NCBI GenBank assembly: GCA_963769555.1
Contig: CAVYMD010000002.1
Location: forward strand, 20,401-84,400
Source of the DNA: an uncultured Solirubrobacteraceae bacterium
GTDB taxonomy: Bacteria > Actinomycetota > Thermoleophilia > Solirubrobacterales > Solirubrobacteraceae
Length of the DNA: 64,000 nucleotides
Direction: 5' to 3'
Both the position numbers and the translations under genes were made by a program. The notes under the pieces were generated by a model. It was not told the origin of the DNA and ran no database searches. It saw only the letters and a program-made list of their open reading frames with translations. Numbering within the stretch: position 1 is the stretch's first letter; each line of letters opens with the position of its first letter. Positions 9,601 through 16,985 of the stretch are shown here, piece after piece.

Positions 9601-9703
9601 GTTGGCGGTTCCCGACGGGTGCCAACCAAACGAAGGAGCACGTTGGCTCGGTTGGCTGATGCGGACGGACGCAACCAAGCCCGCCAACATTTCCGCCAAC
9701 ATT
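9601..9703 (-). promoter_or_regulatory. Array of GTTGGC/GCCAAC hexamers upstream of fic (candidate operator)
   Basis: Six copies start at 9601, 9621, 9642, 9651, 9683 and 9695. They include an 11-nt direct repeat CCGCCAACATT at 9681-9691 and 9693-9703. The array lies about 55-155 nt upstream of the preferred fic start. Confidence 0.3.
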
Positions 9704-9830
9704 CGGATGGCGAACGGCGTCAACCGGGGTCCTGCGGCGCTGGATCCAAACGACCTGGAAACCGCGCATAACCAGGCATTTGCGCTAGCCTTGCAGGTCA
9801 GCGCCGGACAGCGAGAGCGCCGGCGGAGCC

Positions 9831-9873
9831 ACTCGTAATGAAGGGGTCAGCGGTTCGAATCCGCTCGTCGGCT
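9831..9873 (+). other. tRNA-Thr(CGU)-like 3' half (anticodon loop to discriminator); putative att remnant
   Basis: The sequence reads CTCGTAA (anticodon-loop form, CGT), TGAAG, GGGTC (variable loop), AGCGG-TTCGAAT-CCGCT (T arm), CGTCGGC (3' acceptor strand) and T. No complementary 5' anticodon stem, D arm or GCCGACG strand is present upstream. Confidence 0.5.
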
Positions 9874-9875
9874 CT

Positions 9876-10133
9876 ATGGCAGACGACATCCGAGAGCTCC
9901 TGCTCGACCTTCCGCTGATCGACACCCCCGATCGGCCCGAGGGCATGCTCGTGCTGCGCCGCTCCGACGTCCCCGAGGAGCGCCGCGAGGAGGCCGACGC
10001 CTTCGTGGCCGCCAACGGCGGGATGGTCGGCCGCAAGCCGATGCTCGAGGTCATCGGCGGCACGACGCCCGACGGCGGCAGCGCCGGCGAGGCGTTCTAC
10101 GCGCTGCCTCCGGCCGCGCTCATCGCGCAGTAG
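9876..10133 (+). CDS. Hypothetical small protein
   Basis: 85-aa ORF with an ATG start and strong GC3 bias. No recognisable motif. Confidence 0.4.
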   Translation: MADDIRELLLDLPLIDTPDRPEGMLVLRRSDVPEERREEADAFVAANGGMVGRKPMLEVIGGTTPDGGSAGEAFYALPPAALIAQ

Positions 10134-10296
10134 CCGGGACCTCCTGCGAAGCGGCCCCCGGGCCAGGGTGAAGGCCGCCGCGCTCGGGAAGGTGCCCGGC
10201 GGCACCGTGCTGCGCGTCGAGAACGACGCCGACAGCAACTCCCCGGTCCGGACGGCCGGGCTCCTGCGCGTGTTGGCGGCCGACCGCAGCCTTCGC

Positions 10297-10797
10297 TCAG
10301 GTGGCGTCGGCCTCCTCGACCATGAGCGCCACGAACTCGACGGTCTCCTGCTTCGGCGCGGCCGCCTCGCGCTCGACGACCTCCTCGTACTGCGGCGGCG
10401 CGGCCCCGATGCGCTCCGTGCAGCGCGTGACGGCCCGGCCGCCGCCGGCGCGGACGTCGCGCAGCGCGAGGGCCACCCGCCACTCGCGCCCGAAGTCGAA
10501 CTCGTAGGCGATGCGCTGGCCCTTCGTCAGCGCAAGCTCGTCGATGCGGGCGCAGGCGCTGCGGCCGGGCGGATCGAGCGAGCGTGCGTGCTTGGGGTGG
10601 GTGTAGCGCTCCTCGTCGGAGGTCCAGAACTCGCCGTCGAGCCAGAACGAATACAGGTGGTCGTCGTCCCATGCGAAGGCCGATTGCAGCGCGTAGTGCA
10701 GGTCGACGAGCGTGAGGTCGCCGCGCACGGTGATCGTGCGGCGCACCCCCTCGTAGCCGACCAGCTCCGCGGTGAACACGTAGGTCTGCTGCGTCAT
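10297..10797 (-). CDS. pRiA4b ORF-3-like (PF07929-type) protein
   Basis: The C-terminal 166 aa of ORF 10297-12354 start at MTQQTYVF. The pattern LVDLHYALQSAFAWDDDHLYSFW...RIAYEFDFGREWRV is typical of this family. The upstream part of the ORF is antisense to glcD. Confidence 0.7.
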   Translation of the reverse strand: MTQQTYVFTAELVGYEGVRRTITVRGDLTLVDLHYALQSAFAWDDDHLYSFWLDGEFWTSDEERYTHPKHARSLDPPGRSACARIDELALTKGQRIAYEFDFGREWRVALALRDVRAGGGRAVTRCTERIGAAPPQYEEVVEREAAAPKQETVEFVALMVEEADAT

Positions 10798-10875
10798 CTC
10801 GCTCCTCTCGGCTGGACGGACCCGCGACGGTACGCGACCGACCCGACGGAACGCGTCAAGGGGGATGGAGGTGTC

Positions 10876-12390
10876 GTGGCGTACCCTTCGCCGGCCGTCC
10901 CCGTGTCCCAATCCGTCACGAACATCGAGAACAACGTACCGGCTCCGCTCGAACGTGCGCTCCTCGAGCGCATGCGCTCGATCTGCGGCGCCGCGCATGT
11001 GCTGACCGACGCGGTTCAGCTGCGCACGTACGAGTCCGACGGGCTCTTGCAGTACCGCGCGACGCCCGGCGCCGTCGTGCTCCCCGGCAGCGCCGACGAG
11101 GTGCGCGACGTCGTGCTGGCCTGTTCGGACGCGGGCGTGCCGTGGGTCGCGCGCGGCGCGGGCTCGGGCCTGTCGGGCGGCGCGCTGCCGGTCGCCGAGG
11201 GCGTGCTCATCGCGGTGACCCGCATGCGGCGCGTGCTCGAGGTCGACCTCGACGACGGGCGCATCGTCGTGGAGCCCGGCGTGACGAACAGCGAGGTGTC
11301 CGCCGCCGTCGGCCCGACGCACTTCTACCCGCCCGACCCCTCCTCGCAGATCGTCTGCTCGATCGGCGGCAACGTCGCCGAGAACTCCGGCGGGGCGCAC
11401 TGCTTCAAGTACGGCTTCACGACGAACTACGTCACCGGCCTGGAGGTCGTCCTCGCCGACGGGCAGGTCGTGACGCTCGGCGGCATGGAGCTCGACCGGC
11501 CCGGCTACGACCTGCTCGGCGCGTTCGTCGGCTCGGAGGGGACGCTCGGGATCTGCACGAGCATCACGTTGCGCGTCATCCCGGTTCCCGAGGCGATCAA
11601 GACGATGGTCGCGTTCTTTGGGTCCACGGGCGAGGCGGGGGAGACCGTGTCGGAGATCGTCTCGGGCGGCGTCGTGCCCGGCGCCATCGAGATGATGGAC
11701 ACGCTCACGATCCAGGCCGCCGAGCAGGCCGTCGGCGCCGGCTTCCCGACCGACGCCGGCGCGGCGCTCATCGTCGAGCTCGACGGCTCCGAGGCCGAGT
11801 GCGAGGTGCGCTTCGACGAGGTCGTCGCGATCTGCGAGCGCAACGGCGCGACGTCGATCCGGATCGCCCGCGACGCCGCCGACCGCGCGGCGATCTGGCG
11901 CACCCGCAAGGCCGCGTTCGCGGCGATGGGCCGCGTCGCGCCGAACTACTACGTCCAGGACGGCGTCATCCCGCGCACGAAGCTGCCCGAGGTGCTCGCG
12001 CGGATCGCGGCGCTCGGCGAGGAGTACGGCATGCGCGTCGGCAACGTCTTCCATGCCGGCGACGGCAACCTGCACCCGCTCGTCTGCTACGACGGCGAGG
12101 AGGAGGCCGAGCGCGCCGAGGAGCTCGCGGGCAAGATCCTCGAGGCCTGCGTCGACGCCGGCGGTTCGATCACCGGCGAGCACGGCGTCGGCGTCGACAA
12201 GAAGCGCCACATGCCGCGGATGTTCGGCGAGCCCGACCTGGCCGCCTTCCAGCACCTGCGCTGCGCGTTCGACCCGCGCGGCCTCGCCAACCCCGGCAAG
12301 GTCATGCCGACGCCGCGCCTGTGCGGCGAGGTGCCCGGTCCCTATCGCCGCCATCCGCTCGAGCGCGACGGCGTCGCGGAGCGGTTTTGA
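10876..12390 (+). CDS. glcD: FAD-linked glycolate oxidase subunit GlcD
   Basis: FAD-binding PCMH-type N-terminus (VVLPGSADEVRDVVLACSDAGVPWVARGAGSGLSGGALP) and a conserved C-terminus (GSITGEHGVGVDKK). Start at the in-frame GTG 10876, after GGAGG. Confidence 0.85.
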   Translation: MAYPSPAVPVSQSVTNIENNVPAPLERALLERMRSICGAAHVLTDAVQLRTYESDGLLQYRATPGAVVLPGSADEVRDVVLACSDAGVPWVARGAGSGLSGGALPVAEGVLIAVTRMRRVLEVDLDDGRIVVEPGVTNSEVSAAVGPTHFYPPDPSSQIVCSIGGNVAENSGGAHCFKYGFTTNYVTGLEVVLADGQVVTLGGMELDRPGYDLLGAFVGSEGTLGICTSITLRVIPVPEAIKTMVAFFGSTGEAGETVSEIVSGGVVPGAIEMMDTLTIQAAEQAVGAGFPTDAGAALIVELDGSEAECEVRFDEVVAICERNGATSIRIARDAADRAAIWRTRKAAFAAMGRVAPNYYVQDGVIPRTKLPEVLARIAALGEEYGMRVGNVFHAGDGNLHPLVCYDGEEEAERAEELAGKILEACVDAGGSITGEHGVGVDKKRHMPRMFGEPDLAAFQHLRCAFDPRGLANPGKVMPTPRLCGEVPGPYRRHPLERDGVAERF

Positions 12391-13559
12391 GCCTCCAGGC
12401 CGGTCGCGTCGAGGCGCCGCAGTCCGGCCGGGAGGCCGCCGAGCTGCTGCGCGGCTGCGCGGCCGACGGCGTGGCGGTGCGGATCGCTGGCGCGGGGACG
12501 AAGGACTGGGGCCGGCCCGGCCCGGAGGGCGCGGCCGAGCTGCGCACGAGCGCCCTGCGCGCCGTCGTCGAGCACAACCGCGGCGACCTGACCGCCGTGC
12601 TGCAGCCGGGCGCGCCGCTGCGCGAGCTGCAGGAGCTGTTCGCGGGCGCGGGGCAGATGCTCGCGCTGGATCCCCCGCTCGGCGACAACGGCGCGGCGAC
12701 GATCGGCGGCGTCGTGGCGACCGGCGACTCGGGGCCGCTGCGCCACCGCCACGGCGCCGCGCGCGACCTCGTGCTCGGCGCCACCGTCGCGCTGCCCGAC
12801 GGCTCGCTGGCGCGTACGGGCGGCAAGGTCATCAAGAACGTCGCCGGCTACGACCTGGCCAAGCTCTACGCCGGCTCGTTCGGGACGCTGGGCGTCATCT
12901 GCGAGATCGCGGTGCGCCTGCACCCGCTGGCGCCCGCGCACGCGACGGCCGGCGCGGCGACCGAGGACGCCGAAGGGCTTCAGCTCGCGGCGATCGCGCT
13001 CGCCTCGAGCTCGCTGGAGGCGCAGGCGATCGACGTGCGCTGGGAGGGGTCCATCGGCACGCTGCTCGCGCGCTTCGCCGGCGTGTCCGCCGAGACCCAG
13101 GCGCAGGCCGCCGCCCGGCTGCTCGGCGACCTGGACCTCGGTCTCGACGTCACGACGACGCAGGACGACGGCGAGCTGTGGGCGCGCCAGCGCGCGGGCC
13201 AGCGCTGTGCCGAGGGCGGCGCGGTCGTGCGCGTCTCGGGGCGGCCGAGCGCGCTCGCCGCGACGTGCGTCGCCGCCCAGGTCGCCGGCGCGACCCTCGT
13301 CGGCCGCGCCGCGCTGGGCATCTCGTGGATCGCCCTCCCCGCGGCCGCGCCCGGGGAGCTCGTCACGGCGATCGCGCGCCTGCGCACCGTGCTCGGGCCG
13401 GCGCCCTGCGTCGTGCTCGACGCGCCGGCCTACGTCCGCGCGCACCTCGACCCGTGGGATCACCCCGAGGACGCGGCGCTCGTGCTCATGCGCCGCGTCA
13501 AGGAGCGCTTCGACCCGTCGCACACCTGCAACCCCGGCATCTTCGTGGGCGGCATCTGA
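12387..13559 (+). CDS. glcE: Glycolate oxidase FAD-binding subunit GlcE
   Basis: TTG start overlaps the glcD TGA. Motifs IAGAGTKDWG and VIKNVAGYDLAKLYAGSFGTLGVI. Confidence 0.8.
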   Translation: MSLQAGRVEAPQSGREAAELLRGCAADGVAVRIAGAGTKDWGRPGPEGAAELRTSALRAVVEHNRGDLTAVLQPGAPLRELQELFAGAGQMLALDPPLGDNGAATIGGVVATGDSGPLRHRHGAARDLVLGATVALPDGSLARTGGKVIKNVAGYDLAKLYAGSFGTLGVICEIAVRLHPLAPAHATAGAATEDAEGLQLAAIALASSSLEAQAIDVRWEGSIGTLLARFAGVSAETQAQAAARLLGDLDLGLDVTTTQDDGELWARQRAGQRCAEGGAVVRVSGRPSALAATCVAAQVAGATLVGRAALGISWIALPAAAPGELVTAIARLRTVLGPAPCVVLDAPAYVRAHLDPWDHPEDAALVLMRRVKERFDPSHTCNPGIFVGGI

Positions 13560-13588
13560 TGCGCGCCGCCCCGCGTCGCGCGCGACCC

Positions 13589-13631
13589 GTCCGGCGTCAG
13601 GCGTCCCCATGCGGGACGCGATCCGCCGGAC
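13589..13631. repeat. Dispersed hairpin element, copy 1 (conserved apex, private basal stem)
   Basis: GTCCGGCG-tcag-GCGTCCC-catgc-GGGACGC-gatc-CGCCGGAC. The 22-nt core AGGCGTCCCCATGCGGGACGCG is identical to 34504-34525. Confidence 0.8.
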
Positions 13632-13674
13632 CCCCCGCGGGGTCGCCGGCGCAGGCGCGAGGAGGGAGGGCCTG

Positions 13675-14991
13675 ATGCCCGCGTTCGACGACCACAAGCC
13701 CCCGCAGACCGAGCTCATCGAGGACTGCGTGCACTGCGGCTTCTGCCTGCCGACGTGCCCGACGTACGTGCTCTGGAACGAGGAGATGGACTCTCCGCGC
13801 GGGCGCATCGTGCTCATGGGCGAGGGCCTGACGCCCGGCAGCGAGCTCACGGACACGATGGTCGGCCACTTCGACAACTGCCTGGGCTGCATGGCGTGCG
13901 TCACGGCCTGCCCGTCGGGCGTGCGCTACGACCTGCTCATCGAGGACACCCGCCAGCAGGTCGAGCGCCGCCACCCGCGCACGCGCGGCGAGCGGCTGCT
14001 GCGGAGCGTGCTGTTTGCGACCTTCCCGTATCCCGGGCGGCTGCGCGCCACGATCCCGATCATCGTCGCCTTCCGGCGCACGGGACTCGCGCGCCGCGCG
14101 CAGCGCTCGCGGCTCGCCGACCGCGTGCCGATGCTGCGCACGCTCTCCGAGCTCGCCCCGCCGGTCCGGATGCGCGACGTGGCGCGCCGGCTGCGCACGG
14201 TGACGCCCGCCGCCGGCGAGAAGCGCGGCACGGTCGGCTTCCTGCAGGGTTGCGTCCAGCGCGCGTACTTCGGCGACGTCAACGCGGCGACCGTCGCGGT
14301 GCTCGCCGCCGAGGGCTTCGAGGTCCACAGCCCGCGGGCGCCGCGCTGCTGCGGCGCGCTGGGCCTGCACGCCGGCCAGGAGGACGACTCGCTGCCGCTG
14401 GCCAAGGCGACGATCGAGGCCTTCGAGGGCTACGACCACGTCGTCGTCAACGCCGCCGGCTGCGGCTCGGCGATCAAGGACTACGGCCACCTGCTGCGCG
14501 ACGAGCCCGAGTGGGCGCAGCGCGCGGCGGAGCTCTCCGCCCGCGCCCGCGACGTCCACGAGCTGCTCGCCGCCGTCACGCCGCGCGCCAGGCGCCATCC
14601 CGTCGAGATGACCGTCGCCTACCACGACGCCTGCCACCTCGCCCATGCCCAGCAGGTCCGCTCGCAGCCGCGCCAGCTGCTGCGCACGATCCCCGGCCTG
14701 GTGCTCGTCGAGCCCGCCGAGTGGGAGCTGTGCTGCGGCTCGGCCGGCATCTACAACCTCACGCGGCCCGAGGCCGCGGCGCAGCTCGGCGAGCGCAAGG
14801 CCGACAACCTGCTCGCGACGGGCGCCGAGGCGATCGCCGCGGCGAACCCCGGCTGCACCCTGCAGATCGCCGCGCATCTGGAGCGCAAGGGCCGGCCGCT
14901 GCCGCTGCTGCACCCGATGCAGCTGCTCGCGCGGTCGATCGCCGGGGGCGACCGCCGCGGCCGCGCTCGGTTGCGCCGGCCCTGGCGGTGA
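13675..14991 (+). CDS. glcF: Glycolate oxidase iron-sulfur subunit GlcF
   Basis: ATG 13675 follows GGAGGGAGGG. Two 4Fe-4S Cys clusters (CVHCGFCLPTCP, CLGCMACVTACP) plus C-terminal CCG-type cysteine motifs. Confidence 0.85.
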   Translation: MPAFDDHKPPQTELIEDCVHCGFCLPTCPTYVLWNEEMDSPRGRIVLMGEGLTPGSELTDTMVGHFDNCLGCMACVTACPSGVRYDLLIEDTRQQVERRHPRTRGERLLRSVLFATFPYPGRLRATIPIIVAFRRTGLARRAQRSRLADRVPMLRTLSELAPPVRMRDVARRLRTVTPAAGEKRGTVGFLQGCVQRAYFGDVNAATVAVLAAEGFEVHSPRAPRCCGALGLHAGQEDDSLPLAKATIEAFEGYDHVVVNAAGCGSAIKDYGHLLRDEPEWAQRAAELSARARDVHELLAAVTPRARRHPVEMTVAYHDACHLAHAQQVRSQPRQLLRTIPGLVLVEPAEWELCCGSAGIYNLTRPEAAAQLGERKADNLLATGAEAIAAANPGCTLQIAAHLERKGRPLPLLHPMQLLARSIAGGDRRGRARLRRPWR

Positions 14992-15437
14992 CGCGCGCGG
15001 CCACGGCCCGCGGCGCCGCCGTCGCCGCGCGGCGCGAGCGTGCGGTCTTCCTCAAGGCGCACGGCACCGGCGACGCCCCGCTGCCCGACGCCTGGCTGGC
15101 CGCCGGCAGCCGGCTCGTCGCGCCGGGCGTCACGGGCTTTCCCCGGCGACCGCGGATGGCGCCCGGCGACCGGCTGGTGCTCTACGCGTCGGGCTGGCGC
15201 TGCGTCTTCGGCGTCGCCGAGGTCACCGGCGAGCCGCGCCGCGACGACGACGGGCCCGCGCGCTGGCCGTGGGCCGTCGATGTCGAGTTGCTCGTCGTCG
15301 TGGCGCTGCTGTCCAACGCGCCGCCGGTCGAGGCGATCGGCGTCGCTCCGCGCTCGATGAGCCAGCAGAGCCACATCCGCCTGGAGGAGCGCCATCTCGA
15401 GCTCGCGGTCGAGGCGCTGTCCGGCGTCGGGCGCTGA
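14988..15437 (+). CDS. Hypothetical protein, possible EVE/PUA-like fold
   Basis: GTGA overlap with the glcF stop. The pattern GDRLVLYASG..VFGVAEVTGEP...WPWAVDVELL resembles EVE-type domains. An alternative ATG start lies near 15156. Confidence 0.45.
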   Translation: MTRAATARGAAVAARRERAVFLKAHGTGDAPLPDAWLAAGSRLVAPGVTGFPRRPRMAPGDRLVLYASGWRCVFGVAEVTGEPRRDDDGPARWPWAVDVELLVVVALLSNAPPVEAIGVAPRSMSQQSHIRLEERHLELAVEALSGVGR

Positions 15438-15469
15438 GCGATGCACGGGCGTGTGGCAGGCTGCGGCCC

Positions 15470-16069
15470 GTGACGCGCGAGCTCTACATCTCCGTCGACG
15501 TCGAGCCCGACGGCCACGTGCCGGGCACGAGCTCGATCGTATCGCTCGGCGCCTGCGCCGCCGCGCTGCGCGACGACGACGGCGCGATCCACGCCCTCGA
15601 CGCCGACGCCGAGGCGAACGCGTTCTACGCCGTCCTGCGCCCGATCGGCGACCGCTACAACGAGAAGGCGCTGCGCGTGACGGGCTTCGAGCGCGAGGCG
15701 CTCGAGCGCGACGGCCGCGCGCCCGAGGAGGCGCTCGCGCGGTTCGCGGCGTGGGTCGACGGGCTCGCCGCCGAGCACGACGCCCAGCCCGTGCTCGCGG
15801 CCTACCCGCTCGGCCTCGTCTGGAGCTTCACCCAGTACTACCTGCACGAGTTCGCCGGCCGCAGCCCGTTCGGCCAGTCGGCGCACTACGACATGAAGTC
15901 CGCCTACGCCGCCCTCGCCGGCAGCGCCGTGCGCGACGCGATCAAGCGCCGCATGCCGAGCGCCCTGCTCGGCCCGCGGGACTCCAAGACCCACCACGCG
16001 CTCGACGACGCACGCGGCCACGTCGACCTGCTTCTCGGCCTGCTGCGCTGGCGCGAGCGCGCGGGCTAG
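15470..16069 (+). CDS. DEDDh-type 3'-5' exonuclease (DnaQ/RNase T-like)
   Basis: Exo I motif SVDVEPDG near the N-terminus and Exo III motif HHALDDARG near the C-terminus. In-frame GTG start at 15470. Confidence 0.7.
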   Translation: MTRELYISVDVEPDGHVPGTSSIVSLGACAAALRDDDGAIHALDADAEANAFYAVLRPIGDRYNEKALRVTGFEREALERDGRAPEEALARFAAWVDGLAAEHDAQPVLAAYPLGLVWSFTQYYLHEFAGRSPFGQSAHYDMKSAYAALAGSAVRDAIKRRMPSALLGPRDSKTHHALDDARGHVDLLLGLLRWRERAG

Positions 16070-16090
16070 CTCGCCGGGGCGGCGACGCCC

Positions 16091-16870
16091 TCAGCAGTCC
16101 GAGGCGCCGCGCGCGACGGAGCTCGCGCGGCGGAAGGACGTGATGCCGCTCGCGCCGTACACGGGCTTGTAGCCCTGGCTGGCGCGGATCGACGTCACGC
16201 GGAACGGCTCCCCGCCGTCGTCGACGGCGACGGTCGACGCGCGCCCGTCCTTGTCGCGCAGCGACAGCTCGGCGGTCCATGCCGCGCGGTGCAGCTTCGT
16301 CGCCGCCTGCAGCTCGATGACCCGCGGCGAGTCGCGCGAGACCTTCAGCGCGAGCGTGCGCGAGCGCGCCCCGCCTGGGCTGACGTAGCGCGCCGCCGGG
16401 CGCCGCGCGTCGAGGTTGACCTGCGCGCGCCGCACCGGCTTGACGAGGCAGCCGGGCAGCGCCGTGAACCAGCCGCGCAGCGGGCGCGCGTCGCTGACGA
16501 CCCTGAAGCGCACCCCGTCGACGGTGACGGCGTCCTCTCCGGTCGTGCGCAGGCGCAGCCGGACGATCTGCGGGGTGCCCGCCATCGCGCCCTTCGACAG
16601 CGCGCTCGACGGGCGCGTGAGCAGCTTGTTGCGCGCCAGCCGCGACAGCTTCGACGGGTCGCGGAAGCGCTTGCGCGGCACGACGTAGTACGGCGCGTAC
16701 GGGTGCGAGCTCTCGAACGTGCCCGGCGCGAGGACCTCCACGCGCAGCGGGACGGTCGCGACCGCCTCGTCGTCGGACAGCAGGAACCGGTCGACGAGGT
16801 ACCGGCCGCCGGCCAGCGCGCCCAGCACGACGGCGACGATCGCGACTGCGCGCAGCGCCTTCCTCAGCAC
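16091..16870 (-). CDS. N-terminally membrane-anchored hypothetical protein, last gene of the two-component operon
   Basis: GTG start at 16870 gives VLRKALRAVAIVAVVLGALAGG, a signal-anchor helix. The remaining 230 aa has no recognised motif. The upstream part of ORF 16091-17338 is antisense to the kinase. Confidence 0.55.
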   Translation of the reverse strand: MLRKALRAVAIVAVVLGALAGGRYLVDRFLLSDDEAVATVPLRVEVLAPGTFESSHPYAPYYVVPRKRFRDPSKLSRLARNKLLTRPSSALSKGAMAGTPQIVRLRLRTTGEDAVTVDGVRFRVVSDARPLRGWFTALPGCLVKPVRRAQVNLDARRPAARYVSPGGARSRTLALKVSRDSPRVIELQAATKLHRAAWTAELSLRDKDGRASTVAVDDGGEPFRVTSIRASQGYKPVYGASGITSFRRASSVARGASDC

Positions 16871-16985
16871 CGTCGGCAGGCTAGATGATCGCCGCCGGGG
16901 GCGCGCCGTCGCCGCACCCGCGCGGTCGCGCCTCCGCCGCCCGCGCGGCCGGGCGCCGGCCGGCGCCACCGCCGCGCCCGCGCGG

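Larger units (their letters stand above)
1..9873. mobile_element. Right-hand portion of an integrated genomic/defence island, truncated by the window start
   Basis: G+C and codon style are visibly lower than in the DNA after about 9.9 kb. Cargo is an excisionase-like HTH gene, a type I R-M operon, a HEPN-motif gene, a decayed coding remnant and Fic. The right end coincides with a tRNA-Thr 3' half that has no 5' half. Confidence 0.5.

Noticed and set aside
9547-9723. 59-aa N-terminal extension of Fic from the ORF-track start at 9723 (coordinates given in coding direction)
   Set aside because: The extension has a non-Fic-like, Cys/Trp/His-containing composition and overlaps the hexamer repeat array. 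Fic-family proteins of this type begin close to the MDLDALRQSP segment.
9547-9873. Possible tmRNA (ssrA) or intact tRNA gene. Cues were the T arm GGTTCGAATCC and an in-frame peptide ending ..NQAFALA in the 9602-9838 ORF.
   Set aside because: The 3' acceptor strand CGTCGGC would need a 5' GCCGACG, which is absent. There is no GGGG start or G3:U70 for tmRNA. The tag-like peptide does not stop after ALA(A). No 5' acceptor, D arm or 5' anticodon stem can be paired. It is kept only as a tRNA 3' fragment.
10297-12354. 685-aa minus-strand ORF
   Set aside because: Only the C-terminal 166 aa (10297-10797) have a recognisable family pattern and a sensible ATG. The rest is antisense to glcD.
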